Positions 1-13,600 of a stretch of 64,000 nt of DNA are shown in pieces. A program made the translations under genes and the position numbers. The DNA is taken from positions 3,472,001 through 3,536,000 of the forward strand of contig NC_134036.1 in assembly GCF_964204645.1 (NCBI RefSeq), written 5' to 3'. This DNA comes from Tubulanus polymorphus. Taxonomy: Eukaryota; Animalia; Nemertea. The notes under the pieces were generated by a model. The model did no database searches, was not told the origin of the DNA, and saw only the letters and a list, made by a program, of their open reading frames with translations. The stretch's first letter is position 1; each line of letters opens with the position of its first letter.

Positions 1-317
1 ATATCTCGATCATCGCGAAGGATAACGTTATCAAATTTTTTGTAGGCCGATAATCTGCTAAACACTTGTCTCATACCCGTCTTTCTGAGCAGCAGCTAAC
101 CGTATTACGCCTAGTCTAAACCTATATCGAATTCCGCACATGAATGGACTTTCTCAAAGCATAAAGCAGACATGGAACACGATTTTGGTGTTCTTAGATT
201 CGAGTTCTCAGAAAATCGTCCGATGCTTCAGTCAATCTCAAGCACTATTCTCAAGCACTATATCAGAAACAAGTTGAATTTTTTTTCAGAAACATTTCAT
301 TGAAATATGAAAGAAAG

Positions 318-781
318 TGTTCAAATTAATCAGTAATCAACAGTAAGACCCTCAGCAGTAACATCTTTGATATTTCTGTTCAAATTAATCAGTAATCAAC
401 AGTAATACCCTTAGTAACGTCTTTGATATTTCTGTTCAAATTAATCAGTAATCAACAGTAAGACCCTCAGCAACATCTTTGATATTTCTGTTCAAATTAA
501 TCAGTAATCAACAGTAAGACCCTCGGTAACATCTTTCATATTTCTGTTCAAATTAATCAGTAATCAACAGTAAGACCCTCAGCAACATCTTTAATATTTC
601 TGTTCAAATTAATCAGTAATCAACAGTAAGACCCTCAGTGACATCTTTCATATTTCTGCTCAAATTAATCAGTAATCAACAGTAAGACCCTCAGTAACAT
701 CTTTGATATTTCTGTACGCATCAAACAAATCACGTCTTACTCATAATTTCCAGGAGAAAATCAGGAACGGTTGGCAGCTCC
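318..781. repeat. About 56-bp tandem array (7 units) inside a hAT-like non-autonomous element
   Basis: Unit TGTTCAAATTAATCAGTAATCAACAGTAAGACCCTCAGTAACATCTTTGATATTTC; the block ends in GGTTGGCAGCTC (769-780), the inverse of the AGGGCTGCCAACC head of the 22155 copy. Confidence 0.88.
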
Positions 782-2419
782 GACTATTGGGGCCAAATCA
801 ACAAACCACGGACATGCGCCGAGTTGCATCGTTTTTAGAAAGTCGAGATCTTGTTCCGAGCTCATAACATCATCATCCTGGCGCTTCAGTCAACGACAAG
901 AGACGTTTAATCAGCTTCGATATTTACCGAACTTTTATATCGAAAATTAGACTATTTGCGATCGTTTTGAATGCGACATGTGTGCGTTGAATGGGTGATG
1001 TTTGCCGTCAAGGCAGCCGTTCAGTCGGTCCTGTTGTCAGACCGCGAGTTGTCTCAAATATCCGACCCTCTCTTTTATCGCACGTGTATTGAACAACTCA
1101 AACTCTCCCGCGTGCGCCAATATCATTGTTAAGTATAACTGTTGAATATGAAAGAATTAAATTTCAAGCCGCGAGTTCAATTTACATCTCTACAAACAAG
1201 CAAAGCATTGACACATTGGTTACGCTAACCTCTGTGTCCTGGGGTCCATAGATGGCTTTTGTCTAAGGAATTTAGATAATGCTTCGATGGTACATGATAA
1301 AATCTATCAAATTGAGATTACCCTGATTTTTTTTCCCTAGATTTTTTCCGAATTCCTGAGTTTTCCTCGCTTTTATGGTCAGTGACAACCTCGATGAGGG
1401 TTTGAACCAAATGACATTTTACACATTCGCACTCGCTAGAAAACTATGCACAAAATAAGACTCGTCCTAACTCGAGGATGCTACAGTACAATATCTCGCC
1501 CTCTAATAAAGCTAAAGAGGATCTACGCAAAGTTATCTGAAGGGCGGGAAAGAGTTTATGATATAAAGATTCATATACGGTACTTAGGATTCCAAAGAGA
1601 TGAAAAAAACAAAAACAACCCCGCCTACCTGTCAATCAACCCACCTTTCCGTCTCCGTCTGCCCACCGCGTTTTATACGTAACGAAAACATTAATTCAAG
1701 CGGATCTTCCCTCGTTCGCGAGCGCGCCGCGATCTCTCGCAAGAAGAGATGTTATCATAAGAAATATCGCGATATTCACAAAACAAACACCCGCGCCGAG
1801 GGCGCCGAGACACTCGACGAGGCGTAACGCAAACCCGGGCGCACGCGCACGCGCGCCAGAGCAAACGAAAAACACGAAACGGGCAACGAAGAAACCCGAA
1901 CAGGTAAAACGTATGAAACACACCTGTCTCAATAGGTACGAATCAACGTACGTAAACACCGGCGTGTTATTATTAGGTAATGAGTCTCAGTCTCTCCGGT
2001 TCCCGCGAAAAGAGCAGTCGAGCGTCCTTCGAGTTATAGAAAAAAAACCCTAACGTTCCGAATATCTATTTCAGGCTCAGTCAGTCTCCCGCTCGCTATC
2101 GGAAAAACAACCGAGGGTTATAAGGGTTCGTGCCCGGGAGGATGAGGAGATAAACGCAGTAAATTGTCTCAGTACTTGTTGATTTAAGACAGTTTATGGT
2201 GTTTGCTATTTGCGACGAGATCCCAGGCTGTTTGACAGAGGAGCAACGGCCTTATAGAGGCATTAAACCGGAGCATGTTGAGAGGTCCTTGCCCTAGAGG
2301 AAAACGCGGATATCGAATACCAGTAACAGGTGCTCTGTAATGTCAGTATTGGAATGACTGGTAAAACCGCATTAAATTGCAGCATTTCAGGAGGTTCCTG
2401 TGTCATATACAGAGAAAGG

Positions 2420-2725
2420 TGTAGATGAAACCTAGATAGATGAAGACTTCTCTATTAAGAGAGAGTCATCACTTAGACTGTGGAAGATGAAGACTTCTCT
2501 ATGGCAAGAGTCCTCTATGGCAAGAGTCATCAGTATAAAGAGTCATCGGCTTGACTTAGAAAGATGTAGACTTCGCTATAGAGTCATTACTTTAACCGAG
2601 GAAGACGGAGACTTCTCTATAGAAAGAGCGATCGCTTTGACTGAGAAAAAGATTAAGAAACTACAGAAGGAGTCATCAGTTTGACTGAAAAAGATGAGGA
2701 CTTCTCTAAAGAGTCATTACTTGAG
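2420..2725. repeat. Degenerate minisatellite (AGATGAAGACTTCTCTAT...AGAGTCAT)
   Basis: GACTTCTCTA and AGAGTCAT motifs recur at roughly 45-60 bp spacing. Confidence 0.6.
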
Positions 2726-2882
2726 TCTCTCATTGACTGACTGAAGCAGCCACCTTTTCGAATAAGAACGCCATCTATGGACCGGGTACGTAACCATCAC
2801 CGACACTACCACCACCAACTAAAGCTAAAATTTCCTCCACCAATCGAATACCCGCCTATGCGTCACGTGACCCGGTAGTTAC

Positions 2883-2957
2883 CTGTAACGGTTTCAGTTC
2901 GGCGTAGTCCATCTCCACGCCGTCGTTATCGGTCGGCTCGGATAATCTCATCGCCAT
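2883..2957 (-). CDS. Candidate alternative first exon of the E-protein gene (MAMRLSEPTDNDGVEMDYAELKPLQ)
   Basis: gccATGG Kozak context; 25 open codons; CAG|gtaact donor in phase 0, the phase needed to join the exon after the NLS exon; lies in the intron following that exon. Confidence 0.35.
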
Positions 2958-5900
2958 GGCAATCGGCTGCAGAGCGTGTAGCGTTTCGCACATAATTAGT
3001 TCGCGTCGAGTCCGCTAGGTGGAGTTTCACTCCGACTTCAGTCGAAACGATCGACTTTTAGTTCGTAATATGTCCGCTAGGTGGAGTTTACTCAAAACAA
3101 TTGCCGTTTATGAAACTCGTTGGTAAACGTCCGAATCAAACTGGTCGATCGAGGGCGCTGCGATCGATAGTTGATCCGATATTCTCGTCGATTTTCGATA
3201 TAATTTTTCGATCGTTATCGATCGCGACTCACGCGACGACGATGACTAATTGCGTCGTCATAGCAACAACTACGAACGTAGAAAGTCTATAGTAGCGCGG
3301 CGTCTTTTTTTTGGTCGCCTTTATTTCTAGAAAGTCCAAAAGACAAATTTTCCGATTGTGAACAAAATTTTGGGAAAAAAAAACTAATAGATAAAAATAG
3401 GTCTCTGATTACCTAATACAGTTATGACGCACAAAATGAAAGCATTTGATAAATGTTTTTCTTACTCTTAAATGAAGGTGATTCAGGCCTATATTGAAGT
3501 GTAGTATTGACCAATACCTATTGACTCAAAATATCAACTAACCCCGACTATCATGAGCTTTGGTTTGTACCTAACAACTGTTTACACCCAGGTTTGAATA
3601 ATACAAATGTAACTAGTTACCGTTTACACTCAAGTTTCAACCACAAAACGTACTGTATCGCTATTTACAAACACGTTACATCTATTGGAGTGACCACTTT
3701 AGACTAGCTTATCCTCTGACTATATTCCCTGACATGCACCTTGTTTTCCCTGACTTGAACTGCTAAGAATCCGATCGATTAACACAGTCAAATAACGTAA
3801 GACATAGACGCGCACTGTTTGACAATACCCGCGATCTAGCAATCTCAACTTATTTCCCAGACTTTTCCCCGATTTTGAACCTTTTCTACAAAATTCCCCG
3901 ATTTCCAGTAAGTGATCCCTGATCTACAATTTACCTGACAGTCAGTCGCTGATACGTTACGTCCTGACAATAAAACCACACTAAGTCTTCATAACGACGG
4001 ACCAGTGAGTGAAATGACTCCGCGCCGCGCCGCGTCGTCAGTATCGCGACCGCGAAACGTAATATTTCGCGAAAATGAAAATCTAGCGCTGTCCGCCGCG
4101 GCGTCGTCGTCGTTGGATATGACGGCATACGACGAACGAACGCATAAATTAATCAATAATAATATAGTTATTCTACAATAACGCCGTAGCGTCCGTCCCA
4201 CGCAACGCCGCCGTGCGATATCATTTCAAATATACTCACGAAAAAAACATAATCACGATCGAGGAGAATTTATCGTCGTATCAGATAAAATATGACTCAT
4301 CGTAATGAAATAAACTTGACTTCTTTTATTCTTACCCTTTATCCTATTCTACCTCTACCCTGTCGTAACAGGATATCTACGTATCAGTTATTCCAGGATA
4401 TAAGGAGTTTTCTAGGAAAAAACTGCATAATCGGGGAAAAACAAAATCCCCTTCCTAACCGTACCGATTTTGGCCTAGTCTACTGTACATCTATAAACTA
4501 GACAAACTTTCTCGAAATTAAAGGAGTTTTTAAGGAGTTTCAAGCATTTCGCTTAAATTAAAAGAGTTTCATGCACCTTGAAAAGCATTTTACGTTAGGA
4601 AGGAGTTTTTAAGGAATCAAGGAGTCGTAGCAGCCCTCATGATACCTTAAACCCGGCCAATCCCGCCCAAAAACCACCCAAAATCTCTTCCAAAATCCTC
4701 GATGAACCCCAACCCTTTGCTTAATCTAAATCTATCATCCCGAATAGAGATAAAAGCAACATTATAGTATATGCAGCCGCCCTAAAATATTTCCACTTAG
4801 CGATTATAGCAAGGCCCCGAATTAACAGATAGGGGCACATTCACGAATGAAGTGTCCTTTAAATGTTCATTGTCTCTTTTATCTCTGTTCGACAGTTTTG
4901 AATTACTTAGTCCGACAGTTTTGAATTACTTAGTCCGATATAATCATCGACATTAGAGTACTACTAACATATACACATACAACACGTGACTCCGCGCTAG
5001 ATCTGACCCGATTAAACACACACTAACAAACTACGATTCTGATAAAATATTCAACATCGATTTTATCATCATCATCGTGGCATACACAGCCCCTATATTC
5101 GATTCTCTCGTTTTACAAATCTAACATGGATTTTCGGAAATGTTTCCCGATGATTTATCGCGCGAAATAATCGTTTTAAAACGTGCGTTAGTTATAGGCA
5201 GAAAAATCCCATTTAGAAAACGATTCCGGTTTCAACTGCGCTGCGTCCACAAATCCTAACCCTATCAGTAACGCTTTGCGATCTCGATAATGAACTCATG
5301 CTCAATTCATCCCAAAACCGAGAAATCCTAGAAAGATCCCATACGTACACAGGTATGATATAGTTCAGGGAACGTTAAGCCTAATCCCTTTAGCAAACCT
5401 GGACCTAGAGCTCCGTATATAAACCTAGTTTTTAACAGTTCTAGATTTTGCGTACGACTAGAATCGAGGCTATTTTCGATATTCCGACTCTTCATCATAA
5501 CCGTGGCCTGCGGTAATGGAGCCAACAGAATACTACCACGAAATCATCACCAAAAAATCGAATCCCCGAATCAAAGAACAAAAGCTATGAAAGCAAAATA
5601 TCAAAACGCTAACGAAATGAGCAATAATCAACTGTCGAACAATTAAACGCCTATTATCGAATTTGCTACATGTTGTTTCCGATTCAGATTAACAGAAACA
5701 CCTGTTATCAAACATGATTTAAACACCTGCTGATGACGATGCGAATGATAAAACCCGACGAAAAAGTATTGGTCAACGACAACTTCTAGTAATCGGCTAG
5801 TTAAACAGGGGTGCATGTTATCGCGAACAGTGTTTTAACGGTTTTACGTACCCACGGTAAAATCATACTCGTAACACGAACGCTCGGCGTGCGCGTCCTC

Positions 5901-8900
5901 GAACTCGGGATGTGCGAAATTTAAATTCCTCGCGTTTCGAAGGCGATCTATCTAGACTTCTTCCCTCGCGTGACGAAAATTCAGATGATTAAAAGTCTAT
6001 ACTACGTAAACGTCCCGATCAAATAAACAATAAGCCCTTCGCGCGCGTGAGTGATAGAGGCCCCGACAATACTCGCAACGCCGGGGACAGTCCTATTCGT
6101 CGCGATGCAGGGGCGGGCAGCATGTGCAACACATGCGGGCCGGTCCAATCGCTTCGACGAACGCGTCGGGAGGGAGGATAGGTGGTCATCACGACACGTG
6201 CCCCGTCGTTACAATAGCGTAGTGCACCAGCTGGACAGCTAGGCAAACATATATAACAAGTGTGCATTGTCATCGGGCGTGCGCATTGTGTGCGCCCTAC
6301 GCCGAGCACACGCCTCACAAACAGCACCCTTACGCGTTTACCCCACACGAGAGACTTCGTTAACTTCGATCAACAAGTCGCGAGTAATTAATCGTTTGAA
6401 GGACGTCAAAAGATGATACGACCTCAAAACCGACCCAGTAAAAAAGAAATGTTCATGATTTCACTGAAAGCACCTGAATTCCCTGATGATACAAAATAAC
6501 ACTTTCATCCAACTTCTAAAGAATAGCGCGAAGTCTTTAATCTCAGCACTCAAGTCTGCATTGTCGGTGTCATATGGGTGTGATTAGCATGACCTTATAG
6601 TCCGAGCATCAGCTTATGTTGTCTTATACGGTAAGCCTTGATTAACTACGGACTAACTGGGACCGGTGGCAAAATTAGTCCGAAGTCCCAGTTAACGATA
6701 GGAAAGATAAGTTAGGAAATCCAAAAAGGTTGCGGCGTTAAGAATCTTACGTTGGGAAACAAAGGGTACAAGAAGCGGATAAGGGCGATAGGAAGACAAG
6801 TGAGGTAGAGAAAATAGGCGGAAAGTGGAAATGAAGGAATGAAGGGGTAGAGAGGGAGATGAGTGAGAGAAGAGAGGGGAGAGAGTCTGTGAAGCTAGAA
6901 GGACAGTTCTGTCTTGTCGACGATGACTATGTTGAATGGCTCTCTCAGCTGTATATGTTCTCACACTGCTGATATTCCACTCGAACGTTCAGATCAATTT
7001 TCGTGTATTTCTCTCGCAAACGATGATGAATTTATTTGCTCGATAAATATTAGCTGTTTAATTGAGGACGGGCGGAGAGCTCGACTCGCGTTGTCGTCGC
7101 GTGCGCGTGGCTAAAACCGAAAAACATACTCGCTAAAATTAGCTCAGGGTGTCAATAAATTATTATTGAGACCCGACGACCTTCTCATTCTCGATAACCT
7201 CAAAGATTCAGTAAAATTATAATTTGTTATTTTGATGGGGACCTTCTTTTTATCGATGAATTAAATGATTTAGGAAAAATGATTGATCAGTTAAATTGGT
7301 TAGAACCTCAAGTCAGGTCTTCCGAGGCACAACTTCCGCAGGCAGATATGCCTGTTCACTCAGCGCACTCCTTTTCCTAATAGCAGAAACAATAGAAAGT
7401 CAACTGATACAATATTGACTCATCAGTCAGTTAAAATCATTATCTACAAAGCAAACAATGATTCCGTTTTGAATGGGAGTCCCTCTGAATGCAGTAGGTC
7501 ATTATGCACCCCCTGGGGGACTCCACCCAAATCACACAACATGACACCAACTTAATTGAGCAATGCAGATATCGCCTGTAGGGCTAATCTTCGAACAATG
7601 TAAATAAAACAATGACTACTGGCATGAATGGACTAACATTAATTCTTTGATATTAAATAATCTTAAAATTATATGGATCACTGCATCGAAAGCCTTTATG
7701 GCATTGGACATTTCACACTATCTAAAAGTATCATACTAAGGAACTTTATGAAACTATATTGAATAGCCATATTTGAAACTCTAGTTATAAAGTGCTTGAT
7801 GAAACTAATGATTTCAATACTGTTTATGAGTAAATGTAAAGATTATGAAAATACCGCTTAACCAAAACTGCAAGCACTCATTTAGCGGGAAAATGAAAGA
7901 ATTTGTCAACTGAAATCTTGGACTGGCCCGGTAAACTCATCTAGATTATAAGAGTTCATGCCAGGGTTCTTACGGGCCACTTTTATTTGACTAGCTATTT
8001 CCCTGACAATTCCCTCGTATGCACACGTCGTTTTCCCTGACTTCATCAGCTCAGAATCCGATCAATTAACGCGCAGTCAAATACTTAAGACATAGACAGA
8101 AACTATTTGATTTTATGCGCGATCTCAACACATTTCTCTGATCTTCAGCTTTTTTTAAAAACAAAATTCCCCGACTGTTCCCTGATTTTTTTCGAACGAG
8201 AGATATTTCCCAAATGGCCACCCAGTTAAACGTTGTATTGAATTTATAATTTTTCCTAAAATCTATGTACACCTGATTAAATACTTCGGCTCGGCCTAAA
8301 ACACTCGTATGTGACGTATATACGCCATCGAACTGGGACCGCAGCCAGCTATGACGCTACGTGTGCGCGATGATGATTTTATGCAAATGACTTCGACAGT
8401 CATCCCCAGTGACTGGCGACAGCTGTTTCTATATATACCAATGCGGAGCTATACGACTACGGTCGTCATGGCGACCGAGCTATAGGTAGAGCCGTTTATT
8501 TCGAAACACTCTTCCGAGTAAGCCGATTGTCTGAATTTTAAATCTCAAAATTTCCCGGTTTCGATTTCACCGACTTATGAAGAATTCTGACATTCGCATT
8601 TCGAGAATTACCTTCGGGGAAAAATTATCGAAAAGTTTACATTTTCAGAATGTCTGTCCCTTCGCTAGAATTGGGAAATCAGTCACTTGCCGATTCAGGA
8701 TGGTTAGAAGATGATTTGAACGAACGGGAACCGACACTGCCAATTACGTACTTCGAGATTTACCGTTTTTAGTGGCTTTCAACCAGTTCGCGTTCGCCAG
8801 GGCAGAACTGGGCCTCGGGACGAGAAAGGAATTCTAGAAAACGCCGTCGAACAAATTCTATCGATCGAATTCGCGAATGAACAAATACACCCCGGAATGA

Positions 8901-9364
8901 CGTAATATAAAAAACACGAAAATTTTCATTAGAAAAAAAAAAACAAATAGAAATTCGATCGAAAATATTGATATCGAAAACATTTTTACGAAAACGATGA
9001 ATATTATTTCAGGCTTATGTTTACGCGTTGACTCGAGAATAGTAAAACCGTACCAGCGAGCGCGCAAGAGAGGGATAGGGGATACTTTATTAAATTTGAT
9101 ACGATATCGTTTCTACCGACTGAACTCACTTGAAATTCGCTAAACACTTCAAATATTTGATACAGCGCAGAGTTTTCGATTACCAGCTCTCGCAACGGCG
9201 GCTTAATGTACGGATCAAACCAGTTAGAACTGATCGATGGAGTGGTATATTTACAGGATCCAATGAGAAAACGTATTCCCAAATGTATATGAACTCCATT
9301 CCCATAATTAGATTTCCGACTTGTTTAGAAGATTAGACCAAAGTAAAATTCAAATAAACATTCA

Positions 9365-9720
9365 CCGCGGAACTTGGTCCAGAGTCGAATTAAACCCGTG
9401 GAAATGGGTCCACATAAAACCCACACAACTGTCGAACTGGAACCAGAATCAAATTGAATCCACATAACTGTGGAACTGGGTCCGGAGTCAAATCAAACCC
9501 ACACAACCGTGGAACTGAGTTCAGAGTCGAATTAGGCCCACAAAACTGTTGAATGGAGTTTAGAGTCAAACTAAATCGACATAACCGTGAAACTGATCCA
9601 GTAAAACTTTAGAAAAAGCTCCACATACAATTAGTACAGGCCACAGCGGAACTGGGTTGATGAAAAATCCACCAAAGCTGTCGAAAAAAATCCACTGTAA
9701 CTGTTGAACTGGTACCTGAA
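9365..9720. repeat. Degenerate 40-bp minisatellite (ACTGTGGAACTGGGTCCAGAGTCAAATTAAACCCAC)
   Basis: GAACTGG, AGAGTC and CCAC motifs recur. Confidence 0.65.
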
Positions 9721-10563
9721 GCAAAATCAGTTGAAACGAACTATAAGAACTGTATGTGGAAAGTACGTACCCTTAGAAATCAAGTTTAAAAAAAAAAGGA
9801 AAAAAAAAACATTTTGCCGTATCCAACCAAGTCAAGTATTCAAAAATCGAACGTAGTCAGCAGCGGAAAACCTAAACCCTGGATCATATTATGCGTGTAT
9901 AAAAATCAACAGGTCGTCATGTACTTCTCGGAAACTAGCAGCACAGAGACAGGAGAGGAGGGAGAGCAGAACTTTGATCGTCAAACCGTGGCTTTTTCTT
10001 ATTTCAAATGTTCTCGGTTTTCTTCTTTTTTTTTTTCGACCGTAGCCTCGAATGTATAAAACAACTCTAAAATGATAATATTGACTCAGCTGAAATCATA
10101 CTCAAATCTAAACGCCTCACGCGAGCGCAAACCAACAACAGCCCGCGTATTTATATAATACCATCTGAAAAAACTCTCAACGCGAAATCTTCAGACAGCT
10201 CGCGAAAAAGGTAAAACAGGGAAAAAAAAATCCGAAAACGAAAACAATGTCCACGTGAATCTCGCAGGTAAGCCGCCGATTATCGACGCTTATTCGGTCT
10301 TATCCCAGCGATAAGGTTTGAAGTCGTCGTCGGTATTCATAGTGGCAGCAGAATTCTCGACGACAGAGCCACCTACCGGTAGAGATTGGAACTACGACGA
10401 ACTGTTCATCTCATCTACGGAGTGTCGCCATCTGGCGGCGAAGCTAAGAATTAATAGTTTTTAAGGTAAAGTTACAAACTATAAGAGATGACTGCAACAA
10501 CATCAACACCACCACCATTATCGCAATATGTGTAGAAAATGTAGTTTTTATCCCGTGTCTTAC

Positions 10564-10619
10564 CGAACCACTGCCTTTCCGCCGTTTGGGAGCACTACTT
10601 TGATATTTTCCTCCGCGAC
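10564..10619 (-). CDS. TCF12: E-protein coding exon with basic NLS (G-RGGKYQSSAPKRRKGSGS)
   Basis: ttttttcgaatttccag acceptor; TCG|gtaaga donor; 56 nt, phase 1-0; PKRRK sits at the position of the vertebrate NLS exon. Confidence 0.85.
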
Positions 10620-13600
10620 CTGGAAATTCGAAAAAATTTTGTTAATTTTCAATCATTATTAGTTCACAGTCCCTACAGATATTCCTCGATATAAGTGTTT
10701 TCAAGGAGAAAATTTTAAATTTGGAGATCACTTTCATATCCCAATTACAGTGGACTCCTCCTAAATCCGTACTGTTTATCTTGGTAAACCATTAAATTCA
10801 GTGATTTTGAAAGTAAATTTTTATCCTATACACTACCTAAACTTGGTTTCTAATTCGGTGTACCGCCTAATTGGGTAAAAACAAATCCTGGTCCCAACTG
10901 TGTCGATTAAGGCGTAGTCTGTACAACTACAAACTACACAAAAAGTTCTACTTGCCTATTTCTAAAAATTGAAGTTTTAAGATGAGTTTTGGGCATTTTG
11001 TTCAAATTGAAGGAGTTTCAGGCTTCAGTTTTGAAGTTTTTAAGGAATCAAGGAATCGTAGGGAGCCTCTAGTTACAAATGACGCCCTTCTCATTCTTAA
11101 TGACATCAACAATTCGATAAAATCATTATCAGATAATGACTCAGTAAAACTATGATTAGTCACAAATAATGACCTTCGCATTCTCGATAACTTCAACGCC
11201 TCGGCAAAAATTGTGAATAGCATTTTTCGTGAATCTGGGTCAGGATATGAATGCGACCCCTGACTTGAAGTCGAATAGGTCGGGCGATTGGCCCGGTTAG
11301 GCGAGGTCCATTTGTCCATCCGGTCGCGATTTGACCCGTATAAGCGCTGACCGCTGCGAAAGGTCAACGCCGACGCCGACGGAAAAGGCTTCTGATTTGT
11401 AAAGGCTACGATTCGTCGCTATTTTCGAAAACAACCGGAAATCGAAAATAACCACGAACAATCGTCGCAACCGATCGAGACGATCATTCATATTGAAATA
11501 AATAGCCGTCTCGATGCCTTCAGGGCACGACGACGACGACGAGGAGAACGACGATGACGGCGAGGAGGAGGTAGATGGAAGGTATGTTTTTGTCTGGCGG
11601 GTAGAAAAGCTATTATACCGACGAGTGAGTGAGCGCGCAGAGAGCGAGTTATAGCTATATTCATCGGGAGAATCATCGAAATAGAGATGACCTATGATGA
11701 TGAATTTGAAGCAGCGGCTCTACGCGTTACGGTGTTCGGCTGGTAGTCGGGTGTATAGTGATAGGCAGCTATTGAACGATATTCCCACAATTGAAGCAAT
11801 TGTGATAAAATGATATTTTCGCAAACGAAGAGGAATGTGCGATTGAAGACGGAAGTCTCTCTGGTCGACCTAACTGGTTGTACAGCCGGTACAACAACTT
11901 GAGGAGATCGATATAAAATCGGACGATAATAAAGACAAGCAGTTTCCTCGAACTGGTATTTCATTCGACATTTCGACTAGATCTTAAAACAGGCCTGCCA
12001 GTTTCCGCCTATTAACCAGAGTTTCCCTGATTTTTTCGATGTGATAACACTAATAACCATGGTTTCTCATAGTTACTATGGTGGTTGTCACCCAAATTGA
12101 AGATTTACCCCTAGGGATAACTTTGATACTCACTCTATGAAACCGGGCCCTGGAATTTTCTAGGTTTTTTTGCCATAATTTGACAACTTCCCAGAGTTTT
12201 CCCTGATTTCTTCTAGAGAGTTTACCCAGGTTTTCCGAGTTGGCGGCCGCCCTGTTACAGCCATCCTGAGAAATACTGAAGCATTGCATAACAACAGTTT
12301 TCCCGAAGATGACTTATAGGATTTAGTCGAAACGTCAAATATAACATCAGCTCAAGGAAACTTTCTTTCTTATTGTGAGATTTTACATTTCACAACCAGG
12401 ACCTGGAGTTCGATCAACAGGTTGACAAGGACTGAGTCTATGATGATCACACATATTCAAACCTTAGAGGGTGGCGTTTGACGACCGGCCCGAATTTGTG
12501 AATGATACTTACCTCGCGTCGATTCATCGCCCGGCCGTTTGTTAGGATAAGATGAATGATAATACGGTGAACCGGGTTTACCGGCAGGTGATAAGCTGTC
12601 CGGCGACATCGGCACGCTGCTTCCTATTAGATTCTGCGGCTGAAAAATAGGAGAGAGATAATTTGAATAAATAGATTTATCGACAATATTGACAGAAAAA
12701 CTGAAACTATAATGTCTCTTGATAACTTCAGGTTGCCTTAATCTCTATAAGGGAGGATGGGTCTACTATAGTGCATAGGTTAGTACCGAGGCAGTCTTTC
12801 GGTGCCATCAGGTTCCAATCCCTGAGAGGAAGGAACGTGGCAGAGTCTCATGAACCCATCAGGTTCTTATTCCAGCATGGAGGAATGTGGTAGAATCAAG
12901 GGATGCCATCAGTTTCAAAGGAGGAACTTGGCAGAGTCTCGCTATGCCATCAGGTTCAAATCCCTTTGAGGTAGGAATGTGGCAGAGTTTCACAATGATA
13001 TCAAGTTCGAGTCCAAAAGATGGAGGAACGTGACGGAGTCTATTGGTGCCATCAGGTTCGAATCCTTGCGAGGGAGGATATGTCTAAAATGACATGCGTT
13101 CATACCCTGGCAGTCTAGCGACGCCATAATTTCCAAATCCCTATAGTGATAAGCAGAAACATCCTCGAGCAAGGGAGCAAGCCCTCTGCCGTCAGAGACC
13201 TTGACATTTTAACCGCACAGGTGAACGCAGGAGGACGAACACGCACAACACGTCCAGACGAGTCCGTCGCCAAAAACCGTAAACATCACCGGCCACGTCA
13301 ACCTCGCGGGAACGATTAATTAATCAACGCGACGTCGTTAACGGCTCCGGGCGAGACGCCGATTGTTGCGACGTTTTTAATCGTAGTCGACGGCGACGAC
13401 GACGACGACGAGAAGACAACTTCGCGGAGAGATTGTGAAATACGAGGAGAGAGCGAGGAGAGAAGAGAAGAGAGAGAGCGCGCGAGGGGACCCAGCTGGT
13501 GTCGATGCATTAGTACAAATTATTTTCATCCGAGCCAAGACAGAAACACGTGGAAATCACCTCGGGTTCAATATCAACCTAATACGATACATAGTTCCAA

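Noticed and set aside
1-10563. bHLH domain, next conserved exon, or Drosophila-type daughterless N-terminal exon
   Set aside because: Not found by eye on the minus strand; the remaining exons presumably lie beyond the left edge.
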